Part shown: positions 16,154 through 24,723 of the stretch, in pieces
How positions within the stretch are numbered: position 1 is the stretch's first letter
Layout of the letters: each line of letters opens with the position of its first letter
DNA from: Candidatus Omnitrophota bacterium
Lineage (GTDB): Bacteria; Omnitrophota; Gorgyraeia; Duberdicusellales; 4484-171
NCBI GenBank assembly: GCA_041652615.1
Contig: JBAZGZ010000001.1
Location: 1-32,542, forward strand
Direction: 5' to 3'
Length of the DNA stretch: 32,542 bases
Program-made: the position numbers and the translations under genes
Notes under the pieces: model-generated
What the model was told of the DNA's origin: nothing
What the model saw: only the letters and a program-made list of their open reading frames with translations
Databases searched by the model: none

Positions 16154-16966
16154 ATGAAAATAGGAATTATAGCCGGAAATCGATCCCTTCCTGTAATACT
16201 TTCCAAAGCCATAAAAGAAAAATATCAAAAGTCAGAAGTGGTGGCTATCTGCTTTCGTAACGAAACTTCCCCTCACATAAAACGTTACGCCGATACTACC
16301 TACTGGCTACGTATCGGAGATTTGGCTGGAATGAAACATATAATCCGGAAAGAAAAATTAAAAGAATGTATTATGTCCGGACAGATTAGTCCGGTTCGTA
16401 TTTTTGACAGGCGAAATTGGGATAAAGAATTGATAGATCTTGTAGCAAGAACCAAAGACATGCGCCCGCATAGTATATTTTCCGCTATCATCGCTTATCT
16501 TGAAAGTTTTGGTTTGCATTTTCTTGACTCAACTTTTTATCTAAAAGAAAGTTTATCTTGCACAGGAGTTATGAATGGTCTTTCTCTTTCAGAGATAGTT
16601 GAGGAGGATGTTGAATTTGGGACAAAAATGGCTTCTCGTTTCGTGGATCTGGATATCGGCCAAACAATACTTGTTAAGAATAAGAGCGTTGTTGCGCTTG
16701 AGGCCCTAGAGGGAACGGATAACACTATTAAGCGCGGCTACGGACTTGCCGGTAAAGGCTGTGTTGTTCTAAAATTTAGCAAATTAAATCAGGATTTAAG
16801 GTTCGATGTTCCTGTGGTGGGGATTTCGACTTTAAAGTTGCTCAGGAAAATACGCGCTTGTGCATTAGTTTTAGAAACAGGCAAAACGCTTATTTTGGAA
16901 AAGGAAGAATTTTTAAAAATGGCCAATAGATATTCCATACTTGTTATTGGCGTAAATAAATTATAG
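16154..16966 (+). CDS. lpxI: UDP-2,3-diacylglucosamine pyrophosphatase LpxI (DUF1009 family)
   Basis: N-terminus MKIGIIAGNRSLP and overall size match DUF1009/LpxI. It lies directly downstream of lpxA. Confidence 0.75.
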   Translation: MKIGIIAGNRSLPVILSKAIKEKYQKSEVVAICFRNETSPHIKRYADTTYWLRIGDLAGMKHIIRKEKLKECIMSGQISPVRIFDRRNWDKELIDLVARTKDMRPHSIFSAIIAYLESFGLHFLDSTFYLKESLSCTGVMNGLSLSEIVEEDVEFGTKMASRFVDLDIGQTILVKNKSVVALEALEGTDNTIKRGYGLAGKGCVVLKFSKLNQDLRFDVPVVGISTLKLLRKIRACALVLETGKTLILEKEEFLKMANRYSILVIGVNKL

Positions 16967-16969
16967 TAA

Positions 16970-18847
16970 ATGATTTTTTTTGTATTTATTTTTGCCTTTT
17001 TCTTCGCCCTGTCCCCTGATGCTATCTGCGAAACCGCCAATCGAAATCAGGAAATTTTAGATTCAGCTTCTATCTACAAAGAAGCCATGGATTACGATAA
17101 GGCGATACGCATACTCGAATCCAACCCTCAAAGCTTAACCGATACTGATTCCGCTAACCTAGCAGCCCGGCTTTACTACCTGACTGCGCAAAACACTAAA
17201 GCGATAGACGTATTAAACGGCATAAAGGACAAAAATTACCTAACTTACCTTTATCTTGGGCTTGTTTTTGAAGATTTAGGCAATAACCAGCTGGCAGTGA
17301 GGAAGTATCTTGAATCGATAAAGCTGAAGGAGAACACCACTGCCTTGTACCGGCTGGGAAAAATTTATTACAAGCGTAAACTTTATAGAAAAGCGTCTCA
17401 TTTCTTTTCGCGGGTAATTGAGTTAGATTCGAGTATCCGGCTTGCAAATTTCTATCTTGCCCAGTGCCTGCTTAATACCGGAGATTATAAAGATGCTTAT
17501 ACTTATTCAGCCAGAAGTATTAATTTTTACCCGGAAAATTTAGACACAAAAAAGCAACTTATGGAGATTAAAGATAAAATCGGTAAAGCTTTTTTTGTGG
17601 AAACAAAAAAAGCAATAGAAAAAACCCGTGATTTAGTGAAACTGATGTTTTATAAACGCGAGAAGAATATTCCTTTTATAAGGGTCGGGCTTGCCACGGG
17701 TTTAACCGAATTTACATACCGTTGTGGAGGCAATTTTATTATAAGCGATTCAAAACAGGTTTTTAAAGGAGAAAAAGGTAAATTTTACAGTGTCATTTTA
17801 AAAGATAAGCGATTGTATCTTAAGGATTCCAAAAGCGGCGTGATCTATAAAAAGTATAATAGCCCGGTTACGATAAAGAGCGACGGACACCCTTTTTATG
17901 TTCTTGATATTACATATGGTAAGGGTAATTTTTGGCATAAAAAAATCGACAGGATCTATCGGGGTGACCTAAAAGCGATTATAGATCAAGGTATAATATT
18001 AATAAATATTTTAGGTGTTGAAGAGTATCTTTATGGGGTATTACCCGCAGAAATTTCTCCAAAGGCCGACAGGGAGGCGCTTAAGGCTCAAGCTGTTGCC
18101 GCGCGTTCTATAGCAATCAAAAGTATATTAATCCCGCGTCACAAGGCGAAGAATTTCGATGTTTGTGCTGATGTGCATTGTCAGGTTTATCAGGGTGCTT
18201 CAGTTGAAAGAGATTCAACTAATAGGGCGGTTAATGATACAAAAGGCAAAATTATTACTTACGCCAAAACGCCTATCGAGGCGAGTTATCACTCAAACTG
18301 TGGAGGGTGCCTCAGGCCCGATGTTTTTGGAAAAAGAGATTATTACGCCCACGGGTTTGATTCGGAGAAAAGTTTTACCGGGCTGTCGCGTTATGACGAA
18401 GAGCTTTGGTGTGTTACATTTGCTGACAATTTTTGTTCACATTCTTCGAAAAGCAGCTACCGCTGGCAAAGGGTTTACGATGCAGAAGATTTTGCTTTTG
18501 TTTTCGGATATGATTTAAAGGATTTAAAAAAAATAATCTCTAAAGAAAAAAGTTCGTGCATTTCTTACAAGGCGTTAGAAGTAGTAACTTCCAAGGAAAA
18601 AATCAATATAACGGGCGATCTAAATATACGCAATTATTTTGATAAGCTTCGCAGCAGTGCGTTTAAGGTAGATATCAAATTTTCTGCTGACAAAACTCCA
18701 AAGATGTTGTTTTTTTGGGGTGCTGGTTTTGGCCATGGGGTGGGGATGTGCCAGGAGGGAGCGGAGTATATGGCTGATAAGGGCTATACTTATCAGGAGA
18801 TTTTAAGGCACTATTATCCTCATACTGAGGTAGTTAATCGTTATTAG
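16970..18847 (+). CDS. TPR-repeat protein with C-terminal SpoIID/LytB domain
   Basis: N-terminal hydrophobic segment, then TPR-like repeats (residues ~30-200). SpoIID hallmarks follow: VEEYLYGVLPAEI, KAQAVAARS, YHSNCGG, GHGVGMCQEGA. Confidence 0.8.
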   Translation: MIFFVFIFAFFFALSPDAICETANRNQEILDSASIYKEAMDYDKAIRILESNPQSLTDTDSANLAARLYYLTAQNTKAIDVLNGIKDKNYLTYLYLGLVFEDLGNNQLAVRKYLESIKLKENTTALYRLGKIYYKRKLYRKASHFFSRVIELDSSIRLANFYLAQCLLNTGDYKDAYTYSARSINFYPENLDTKKQLMEIKDKIGKAFFVETKKAIEKTRDLVKLMFYKREKNIPFIRVGLATGLTEFTYRCGGNFIISDSKQVFKGEKGKFYSVILKDKRLYLKDSKSGVIYKKYNSPVTIKSDGHPFYVLDITYGKGNFWHKKIDRIYRGDLKAIIDQGIILINILGVEEYLYGVLPAEISPKADREALKAQAVAARSIAIKSILIPRHKAKNFDVCADVHCQVYQGASVERDSTNRAVNDTKGKIITYAKTPIEASYHSNCGGCLRPDVFGKRDYYAHGFDSEKSFTGLSRYDEELWCVTFADNFCSHSSKSSYRWQRVYDAEDFAFVFGYDLKDLKKIISKEKSSCISYKALEVVTSKEKINITGDLNIRNYFDKLRSSAFKVDIKFSADKTPKMLFFWGAGFGHGVGMCQEGAEYMADKGYTYQEILRHYYPHTEVVNRY

Positions 18848-20222
18848 CGGTAATACCTAAAAGTGAAGTTTCTACGTCCATGGTTGATTTTTTATCTAAA
18901 ATTGACCAAATATCTTTATTCTCCATACAAAAATATAGTGGAGTTTTTGAATCATGTTCGCGTATACTTTTAACCATATAGGAATATATTTCTTTTCTCA
19001 AATATTCAGGATAGCGCAGCTTTTTATCCTCACCTAATAGTAATTCACCGTAAAAAATATTGCTTTGAGGGAAACGAAGTTCATTTATGTTTTTGAGGCT
19101 TCGGTGTGAGCGCAGCGTCCCCAGGCTTATCCAGGCAAAAGGGGCTTTTGTTTTTTTGTAAAGTTCATCAATCACATCCTTGTATAATTCTTTCCACGCC
19201 TCGCTGTAAATTATTGGATCAAAGTGAAATGCCACGCTATAGCCTTTTTCTTGAACTGCTCGTGCAGCATCCAATCGCGCGTTAAGATTTGCAGTTAATA
19301 GTTCTTCGTTTTCGACGATAGATGGGGGATTAAGTGACCAGGAAATTATAATATTTTTCGATGATTTAATTTTAAGGAGATTGGCAATATTATTGCTTTT
19401 TGTTTTTAGTTCGAATGAAATATTTTTATCTCTAAGATAGGGGATAAGTCGGGTTGAATATTCGGTTATGTCGTCAAGAGCGAGCGAATCGCAAAATTCT
19501 CCCGTGCCTATCCTGATGGGTTTTTTAAGGTTTTTATACATGCTGTCAAATTGTGTGAAAAAATCAGTAATATTAGCAGGCAGGACTATCCCGGGGAAAT
19601 TCGCGTAGCATTGCAAAAAACAATAGGAGCAATCAAACGGACAACCAAAACCTAAATTTAATATCCAATAGCCGCAGGAAATGTGTTGTTTTGTACAAGG
19701 GCAGGCTTTTAGAAAATCCCATTTTTCTTTTATGATAAATACTATGGGTTTTTTTAAATCGGAGATATTAAATTTATTAGTTTTTAAATATTCATTGTAA
19801 AGGTCGACTTCCCGGATAGGAACATCCGGAAAAGATCTCCGGAAATTTTCAACAATATAACTTGAATTTACTTCTTTCTCAACGAAAATTTCAAGAGGTT
19901 TGAATTTTCTATTCCCTTTAAAGCTATCTTTTAACGGTTCTTTTAACCGGTTTAAGAATATGTTTTTTGTATCTATTTCTTGTTTAGCGCATGTCAACGG
20001 AAAACGACGGTGTATCAAAGCATTTTTTAATGCGAAAAATTTATTCCTTCCCCCGTGTTTTTGAAGATTTGAGCTTGTCTTGATATCTTCGATGATGGTG
20101 CCTGCGGTGATGTTTTCCCTGCGTATTATTTCAAAAAAAAGCCTTTCTATATCATGCCATTGATTTTTATTTAGACGAAAGTTGAATATGGTTTCCAGCT
20201 TATTCTTTAAATTATCAAGCAT
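18834..20222 (-). CDS. Spore-photoproduct-lyase-family radical SAM protein with ~190-aa N-terminal extension
   Basis: AAGGAG Shine-Dalgarno before the ATG. Motifs: ACPCT...SCGYWILNLGFGCPFDCSYCFLQ (CX3CX2C). The 3' end overlaps the convergent SpoIID-like gene by 14 nt. Confidence 0.75.
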   Translation of the reverse strand: MLDNLKNKLETIFNFRLNKNQWHDIERLFFEIIRRENITAGTIIEDIKTSSNLQKHGGRNKFFALKNALIHRRFPLTCAKQEIDTKNIFLNRLKEPLKDSFKGNRKFKPLEIFVEKEVNSSYIVENFRRSFPDVPIREVDLYNEYLKTNKFNISDLKKPIVFIIKEKWDFLKACPCTKQHISCGYWILNLGFGCPFDCSYCFLQCYANFPGIVLPANITDFFTQFDSMYKNLKKPIRIGTGEFCDSLALDDITEYSTRLIPYLRDKNISFELKTKSNNIANLLKIKSSKNIIISWSLNPPSIVENEELLTANLNARLDAARAVQEKGYSVAFHFDPIIYSEAWKELYKDVIDELYKKTKAPFAWISLGTLRSHRSLKNINELRFPQSNIFYGELLLGEDKKLRYPEYLRKEIYSYMVKSIREHDSKTPLYFCMENKDIWSILDKKSTMDVETSLLGITANND

Positions 20223-20305
20223 GATTGTTCTCCTTCGCCGTCAGCATTAATCTCAGGTGCGGTTTCAAAGGAATGAACCTTGCTAATTTTTTTAAAGAAA
20301 CCATG

Positions 20306-21169
20306 CTATTGACGGTGAGGTTCATTGTCCAGCTCCTGGATTAATTTTTTGCATAAATTAACTTCTTCGAGTCTACCTCTTTTTTGAGCGCCTTTAATAT
20401 AAATTTCGCTTTTTTTCTTAAGTTCAGATAAGGCCATATCATATTCTTTCTTGCTTAAAATGCCGCTTTTAATTACTTTTTTTAATGCATAAATACGGAA
20501 TGTATCCATTGCCGGATACTTTCTTGATAGCTGATCACTGCGGCCGCCTTCTTTTATCGTAAGGTATTCGGGTATTAGATATACCGGAAATTTTGGGGTA
20601 GCTCTTAGCCAGAAATCATAGTCTTCACAAGCTGGAAAATCTTTATCAAAGAGGCCGATTTTCTTAAAAATCGTCTTATTGATTGCTGTTGTTGATAGGC
20701 CTATCGAGCACAGTTTCACGGAATTTTCAAAAACCCACCCGAATGGTTTCTTGTGGTGTTCTTTTTGTGGAAGATACTCGCCGTTTCTATACCATATTTC
20801 TTCCGTATGGAATATTTTGTAATCAGGGTATTTTTTTGTGTATTGATGGGTTATTTTCAGCTTATCCTGGCGAAAGCGGTCGTCGGAATCTAAAAAACAA
20901 ATAAATTCACCGTCGGCCGCGGTTATACCGGTATTACGCGCTTGGCTTACGCCTTGATGTGTTTGATGGAGGTATTTAATTTTATTTTCTGCGTCCTTTG
21001 TATTTCGTTCATCGTCCATTATTTCTTTAGTACCGTCATCTGAGCCATCATCGACAATAATTAATTCATAATTATGGAAAGTTTGCGACAATACAGAATC
21101 TATTGCTATCCTTAGAAAATCTTTGCGATTGTAGGTCGGAATGATTACGCTAAAAAACGGTTTTTTCAT
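20306..21169 (-). CDS. Family 2 glycosyltransferase
   Basis: The start is reassigned to the ATG at 21169 (MKKPFFSVIIPTYNRKD...LIIVDDGSDDGT). It overlaps the upstream radical SAM gene by 20 nt. Confidence 0.85.
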   Translation of the reverse strand: MKKPFFSVIIPTYNRKDFLRIAIDSVLSQTFHNYELIIVDDGSDDGTKEIMDDERNTKDAENKIKYLHQTHQGVSQARNTGITAADGEFICFLDSDDRFRQDKLKITHQYTKKYPDYKIFHTEEIWYRNGEYLPQKEHHKKPFGWVFENSVKLCSIGLSTTAINKTIFKKIGLFDKDFPACEDYDFWLRATPKFPVYLIPEYLTIKEGGRSDQLSRKYPAMDTFRIYALKKVIKSGILSKKEYDMALSELKKKSEIYIKGAQKRGRLEEVNLCKKLIQELDNEPHRQ

Positions 21170-22010
21170 TGTAGTCCATACCTTTGTTGTAGAATTCATT
21201 AAAATCTGGCAGAATACAAAAAAACTTTGCCGGATTGTTTTTTTCGATTTCAGCAATTTCATTAGTTAGTTTTTTAGTAAAGTCTGCATAGGTTTCTTTA
21301 TTTCTGTAAACTTCGCAGAACATATCTTTTGTTTCTTTACCGAATTTTTCTTCTACCAGCGCGCTAATCTTTTTAAAATTACCCATTTTTTTATGATATA
21401 GCTCAATGTCAATTTCCCTGGTGCCGCTCGGTATGAGTTTTATGATTTTTTTAAGTATCGAAACATAGGGCATAAACGGTCCGATATGAATGCGTAGCTG
21501 AATCTTGTTTTTTAAAATTTCCTCAATTGTTTCCAGCCTCATCTTTAAAAGTGAAGAGTTATTTTCAAAGAGTTTTATTATATCGTCTGAGGCGAAGTTA
21601 AGCGTGAAGTAGATTTTATTTTCGCGATTTTTGGCGATAATCGAAAGGTCTTTTTTTATTAGATGAGATTTTGTGAGTATCGTATAGGGGATGTTTTCCG
21701 CGTTAAGGATCTCTAACATTTGTCTGGTGAGCCCATATTTTGCTTCCTGATATTGAAAACACTCTGTGGTTGAGCCAAGGAGGACTCTTTTTGGCCGGGT
21801 GTATTGTAGTTGCTGGCGCAAAACATCCGCAATGTTTATTTTTACGCATAGGGAGTTAAAAAAATCCATATTCTTTATATTTTTATTTTCCTGGGAATAA
21901 CAATAGAGGCATCCAAATTCACAACCGCGATATGGATTTATTACGTAATCCGCAAGCTGTATTTGTGTAGGCGATAACGCTTTTTGGGTCTGTATTATTT
22001 TAATTTCCAT
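21150..22010 (-). CDS. Radical SAM protein, COG1533 / SplB-like (DNA photolyase-like) family
   Basis: The start is reassigned to the ATG at 22010 (MEIKIIQ...). The INPYRGCEFGCLYCYS CX3CX2C motif lies ~27 aa from this start. The listed 38-codon extension is the translation of a GC-rich hairpin. Confidence 0.75.
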   Translation of the reverse strand: MEIKIIQTQKALSPTQIQLADYVINPYRGCEFGCLYCYSQENKNIKNMDFFNSLCVKINIADVLRQQLQYTRPKRVLLGSTTECFQYQEAKYGLTRQMLEILNAENIPYTILTKSHLIKKDLSIIAKNRENKIYFTLNFASDDIIKLFENNSSLLKMRLETIEEILKNKIQLRIHIGPFMPYVSILKKIIKLIPSGTREIDIELYHKKMGNFKKISALVEEKFGKETKDMFCEVYRNKETYADFTKKLTNEIAEIEKNNPAKFFCILPDFNEFYNKGMDYNEKTVF

Positions 22011-22053
22011 ATTATCATTGGCGAAAAATATCCATGAACGATTTACACAGAAT

Positions 22054-22117
22054 ATGTAGGGGATGGGCTTGCCCCATCCCGTATTATTACGGGCGGGGAC
22101 AAGCCCCGCCCCTACAT
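22054..22117 (-). repeat. GC-rich four-segment double hairpin inside the radical SAM operon
   Basis: The sequence is ATGTAGGGGATGGGCTTGCCCCATCCCGTATTATTACGGGCGGGGACAAGCCCCGCCCCTACAT. It forms two adjacent hairpins closed by the outer stem ATGTAGGGG / CCCCTACAT. Confidence 0.8.
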
Positions 22118-22125
22118 AATACATT

Positions 22126-22154
22126 TATCCGTGCACAATTTGTGTACATCCGTG
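22126..22154 (-). repeat. Phased heptamer array after the B12-radical-SAM stop (minus strand)
   Basis: The minus strand reads CACGGATGTACACAAATTGTGCACGGAT. The CACGGAT / CACAAAT / CACGGAT units are phased at ~10-11 nt. Confidence 0.55.
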
Positions 22155-22155
22155 T

Positions 22156-23409
22156 TCAATAAACGAGATTATTGATGAAACTTTTCGTGTATTTTATTTT
22201 TTCATTTTCTATAACTTTTAAGAATGCCGCGATTCTTTCTTTCGCTATTTTAGAAGGGAATATACTTTGCGGAAAATTATCTAGATAGTCCACAAAAGGA
22301 TTTGCTTGGGCAATTTTAGGGATGATTCTCTTATTTTTTATAATAAAGTCAAGGGTTTCTCTAAAATCGGCCTCGGTTTCTCCCGGGTAACCAAAAATCA
22401 GGCTTATTTCAAATTGTAAGTCAGCGCTTTTGAGAGTAGAAAGAAAATCAGCAGCAGCCTGCGCGCTAAAACCTTTATTCATGTTTTTTAAGGTCTTATC
22501 TGATGCGCTTTCGAGGCCAATAAAAAGATTATAGCAGCCGCTTTTTTGCATAATGCGGCTTAAGTTGGTATCAAAATTTTTGTCTACTCTTATTTGTGCT
22601 TCCCATTTTATATTCATATTTTTCTTTATTAGCGATGAACAGAAATCATTAAGCCAGGCGTTGTCGTAATTTATCAATGAATCAGAGAAGATAAAGCTAT
22701 TCGTATTGTGTTCTTTTTTTAGTTTGTTGATCAGTTCTATCATGTAGCCTGCGGAGTGGTGGCGCAATCCCTTGAATAGTTCTTTTTCCGCGCAGAAGTT
22801 GCAATTAAATTTACACCCTCGTGAAGAGAGAATAGGAATTGAGTTTGAATAATTTAGCATATCAAGGCAGCTAAAATCTAAAAAATCCAAGTCATCCAGA
22901 TTAGTTATCTCTTCGTGATGGTATGTTTTATTTTGTTCTCCGGAAAGAATTTTTAACAGGGGCATTTCACCCTCGCCGATTACCCAGAAATCAGTGTCGT
23001 TGAGGCATTTTTTCCATTTCATAAATAAAACCTGCGGCCCGCCGAAAATTATTTTTTTTGACGGAAATTTTTTCCTGATTTCATTTGCCAGAGAAAAAGA
23101 GAAGTCAGTATTTCGTTTAAGCAGCGAAAATCCTATATATTCATAATCTACAATGTCTTTGTAGAATGAATCAAGAAATGGCAATAAAGTTATCTTAGTC
23201 TGAGGAAAAAGGTTTTTTTCAAAATTGTCGTCTAAGGCTAACCATGTTTTTGAATTCGCCGCGTATGTTTTAAAAAGCTCATTGTTTAGATCCCTGGTTT
23301 TAACTTTTATGCTTTTACTTTTAAGGTAATTTTCAAGATAAACAAGAGAGAGCGGAGCGGTTTTGGTCCAGGATGGTGGACATTGAATGATATAGACACT
23401 TTTCTTCAT
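22156..23409 (-). CDS. B12-binding-domain radical SAM protein (class B-like)
   Basis: N-terminal Rossmann-like B12-binding-type domain, then the SSRGCKFNCNFC CX3CX2C motif. ATG at 23409 (MKKSVYIIQ) is preferred over GTG at 23430. A TATAAT on the minus strand lies at 23424-23419. Confidence 0.75.
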   Translation of the reverse strand: MKKSVYIIQCPPSWTKTAPLSLVYLENYLKSKSIKVKTRDLNNELFKTYAANSKTWLALDDNFEKNLFPQTKITLLPFLDSFYKDIVDYEYIGFSLLKRNTDFSFSLANEIRKKFPSKKIIFGGPQVLFMKWKKCLNDTDFWVIGEGEMPLLKILSGEQNKTYHHEEITNLDDLDFLDFSCLDMLNYSNSIPILSSRGCKFNCNFCAEKELFKGLRHHSAGYMIELINKLKKEHNTNSFIFSDSLINYDNAWLNDFCSSLIKKNMNIKWEAQIRVDKNFDTNLSRIMQKSGCYNLFIGLESASDKTLKNMNKGFSAQAAADFLSTLKSADLQFEISLIFGYPGETEADFRETLDFIIKNKRIIPKIAQANPFVDYLDNFPQSIFPSKIAKERIAAFLKVIENEKIKYTKSFINNLVY

Positions 23410-23435
23410 TGTAATATAATTATAACACACACGGA

Positions 23436-23567
23436 GGAAAAGTAGAGAGTAGAGGGTAGAAAGTAGAGAGATAGAAATAGCCAGAGATTTTAAAAATTTA
23501 AAATCTTTAGCTAGAATGATAATGTTAATTCTTCCTCTCTACCCTCTACTTTCTACTCTCTACTTCT
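23436..23567. repeat. 7-nt tandem repeat palindrome in the divergent promoter region
   Basis: Left arm: AGTAGAG AGTAGAG GGTAGAA AGTAGAG AGATAGA. Right arm: CTCTCTACCCTCTACTTTCTACTCTCTACTTCT. The centre holds the palindrome AGATTTTAAAAATTTAAAATCT. Confidence 0.8.
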
Positions 23568-23577
23568 AAATTATCAT

Positions 23578-24699
23578 ATGAATTCGCTATATATCCACAT
23601 CCCATTTTGCGCTAAAAAATGCCTTTATTGCGATTTTTATAGTATCGGCCATGACGAGAAACTTGCTTCAAAATTCATTGATATTTTATCTGCTCAAGCC
23701 ATGACTCTAAAAATACAGTTTGATACCATTTATATTGGCGGCGGTACACCTTCCGTTCTTGAGTCGCGATTGCTTGAGAAGTTGCTAAAAAGCCTAAAAG
23801 CCGCCGCTTGCAATGTTAAGGAGTTTACCATTGAGGCGAACCCGGAAAGCATTACCGCTAAAAAATTGAAATTATTTTTAAACTACGGAATTAACCGTAT
23901 CAGCATAGGCGTCCAGTCGTTTGATGATAAAAAATTAGCTAAATTAGGCAGGATTCATTCCGGGCAAAAAGCTATTGAAGCTGTAAACTTGGCTAAGCAT
24001 AGCGGGTTTAAAAATATCAGTATCGATTTGATCTTTGGAGTTTGGCAGGAAACCTTAGGTGCGTGGAAAGAGGAGCTCAAAGCAGCGATGGAATTGCCCT
24101 TAAAACATATTTCCTGCTATTCGCTTAGCTATGAAAAACATGCCAAGCTTTCTGCTCTGCTTAAGGAAAAAAGTATAATTCCTCAAAGCGATGAGGTAAC
24201 GGTTAAAATGTATGAGCACGCTATTGATTATCTTGGAAAAAATAAATTCTTTCACTATGAAATTTCAAATTTTTCAAAAGCCGGTTTCCAGTGTAAGCAT
24301 AATCTGAATTATTGGCAAAATAATTCTTATGTGGGATTGGGTCCTTCGGCTGTGTCGTACAGGGAAGGTAAAAGAGCGAAAAATATCTCGGACGGTAAAA
24401 AATATATTGAACTGGCGGGTAAGGGTAAGTCTACTGTAGTTTTTAATGAAAAACTTTCGCTCGAAATGCAGGCAAAAGAAACCGCTGCTATAAAAATTCG
24501 TACTACGGAAGGCATTGATTTTGACTGGTTTAAAAAAAGAACCGGATTTGATTTTTTGAAATTAGAGAGCGATGACATTGACTTTCTGATCAAACAAAGG
24601 CTTTTGAAATATAAAAAATCAAGATCAAAGGAATCGGGGATCGCGCTGACAAGAAAAGGTTTTTTATTCTGCGATTCTGTTTCCGCGCAATTGTTGTAA
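23578..24699 (+). CDS. hemW: Radical SAM heme chaperone / oxygen-independent coproporphyrinogen oxidase-like protein
   Basis: LYIHIPFCAKKCLYCDF CX3CX2C motif close to the N-terminus. GGGTPS motif and HemN family length. Confidence 0.85.
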   Translation: MNSLYIHIPFCAKKCLYCDFYSIGHDEKLASKFIDILSAQAMTLKIQFDTIYIGGGTPSVLESRLLEKLLKSLKAAACNVKEFTIEANPESITAKKLKLFLNYGINRISIGVQSFDDKKLAKLGRIHSGQKAIEAVNLAKHSGFKNISIDLIFGVWQETLGAWKEELKAAMELPLKHISCYSLSYEKHAKLSALLKEKSIIPQSDEVTVKMYEHAIDYLGKNKFFHYEISNFSKAGFQCKHNLNYWQNNSYVGLGPSAVSYREGKRAKNISDGKKYIELAGKGKSTVVFNEKLSLEMQAKETAAIKIRTTEGIDFDWFKKRTGFDFLKLESDDIDFLIKQRLLKYKKSRSKESGIALTRKGFLFCDSVSAQLL

Positions 24700-24721
24700 A
24701 TCGTTTTTATTAGTGTATAAT
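24694..24721 (+). promoter_or_regulatory. Candidate promoter firing into repeat locus F
   Basis: TTGTAA (24694-24699, includes the hemW stop), 16-nt spacer, TATAAT (24716-24721). The predicted start is ~24728, at the left edge of the repeat. Confidence 0.4.
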
Positions 24722-24723
24722 TA

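Noticed and set aside
16000-16212. 70-aa minus-strand ORF across the GCGGAT palindrome
   Set aside because: It is a translation of the repeat array (PRISASI-type peptide) and overlaps the lpxA end and lpxI start.
20306-21262. Longer GT2 ORF starting at 21262
   Set aside because: The first 31 codons overlap the preceding gene and lack GT2 features. MKKPFFSVIIPTYN at 21169 is the typical GT2 N-terminus.
22011-22124. 38-codon N-terminal extension of the SplB-like radical SAM ORF (MYYVGAGLVPARNNTGWGKPIPY...)
   Set aside because: It is the in-frame translation of the GC-rich double hairpin. The internal Met at 22010 places the CX3CX2C motif at the usual distance from the N-terminus.
18834-23577. 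Radical SAM/GT2 block as a mobile island or RiPP cluster
   Set aside because: The window has no integrase, transposase, tRNA target or flanking direct repeats. There is no small precursor ORF or SPASM domain. Base composition looks similar to the flanks by eye.
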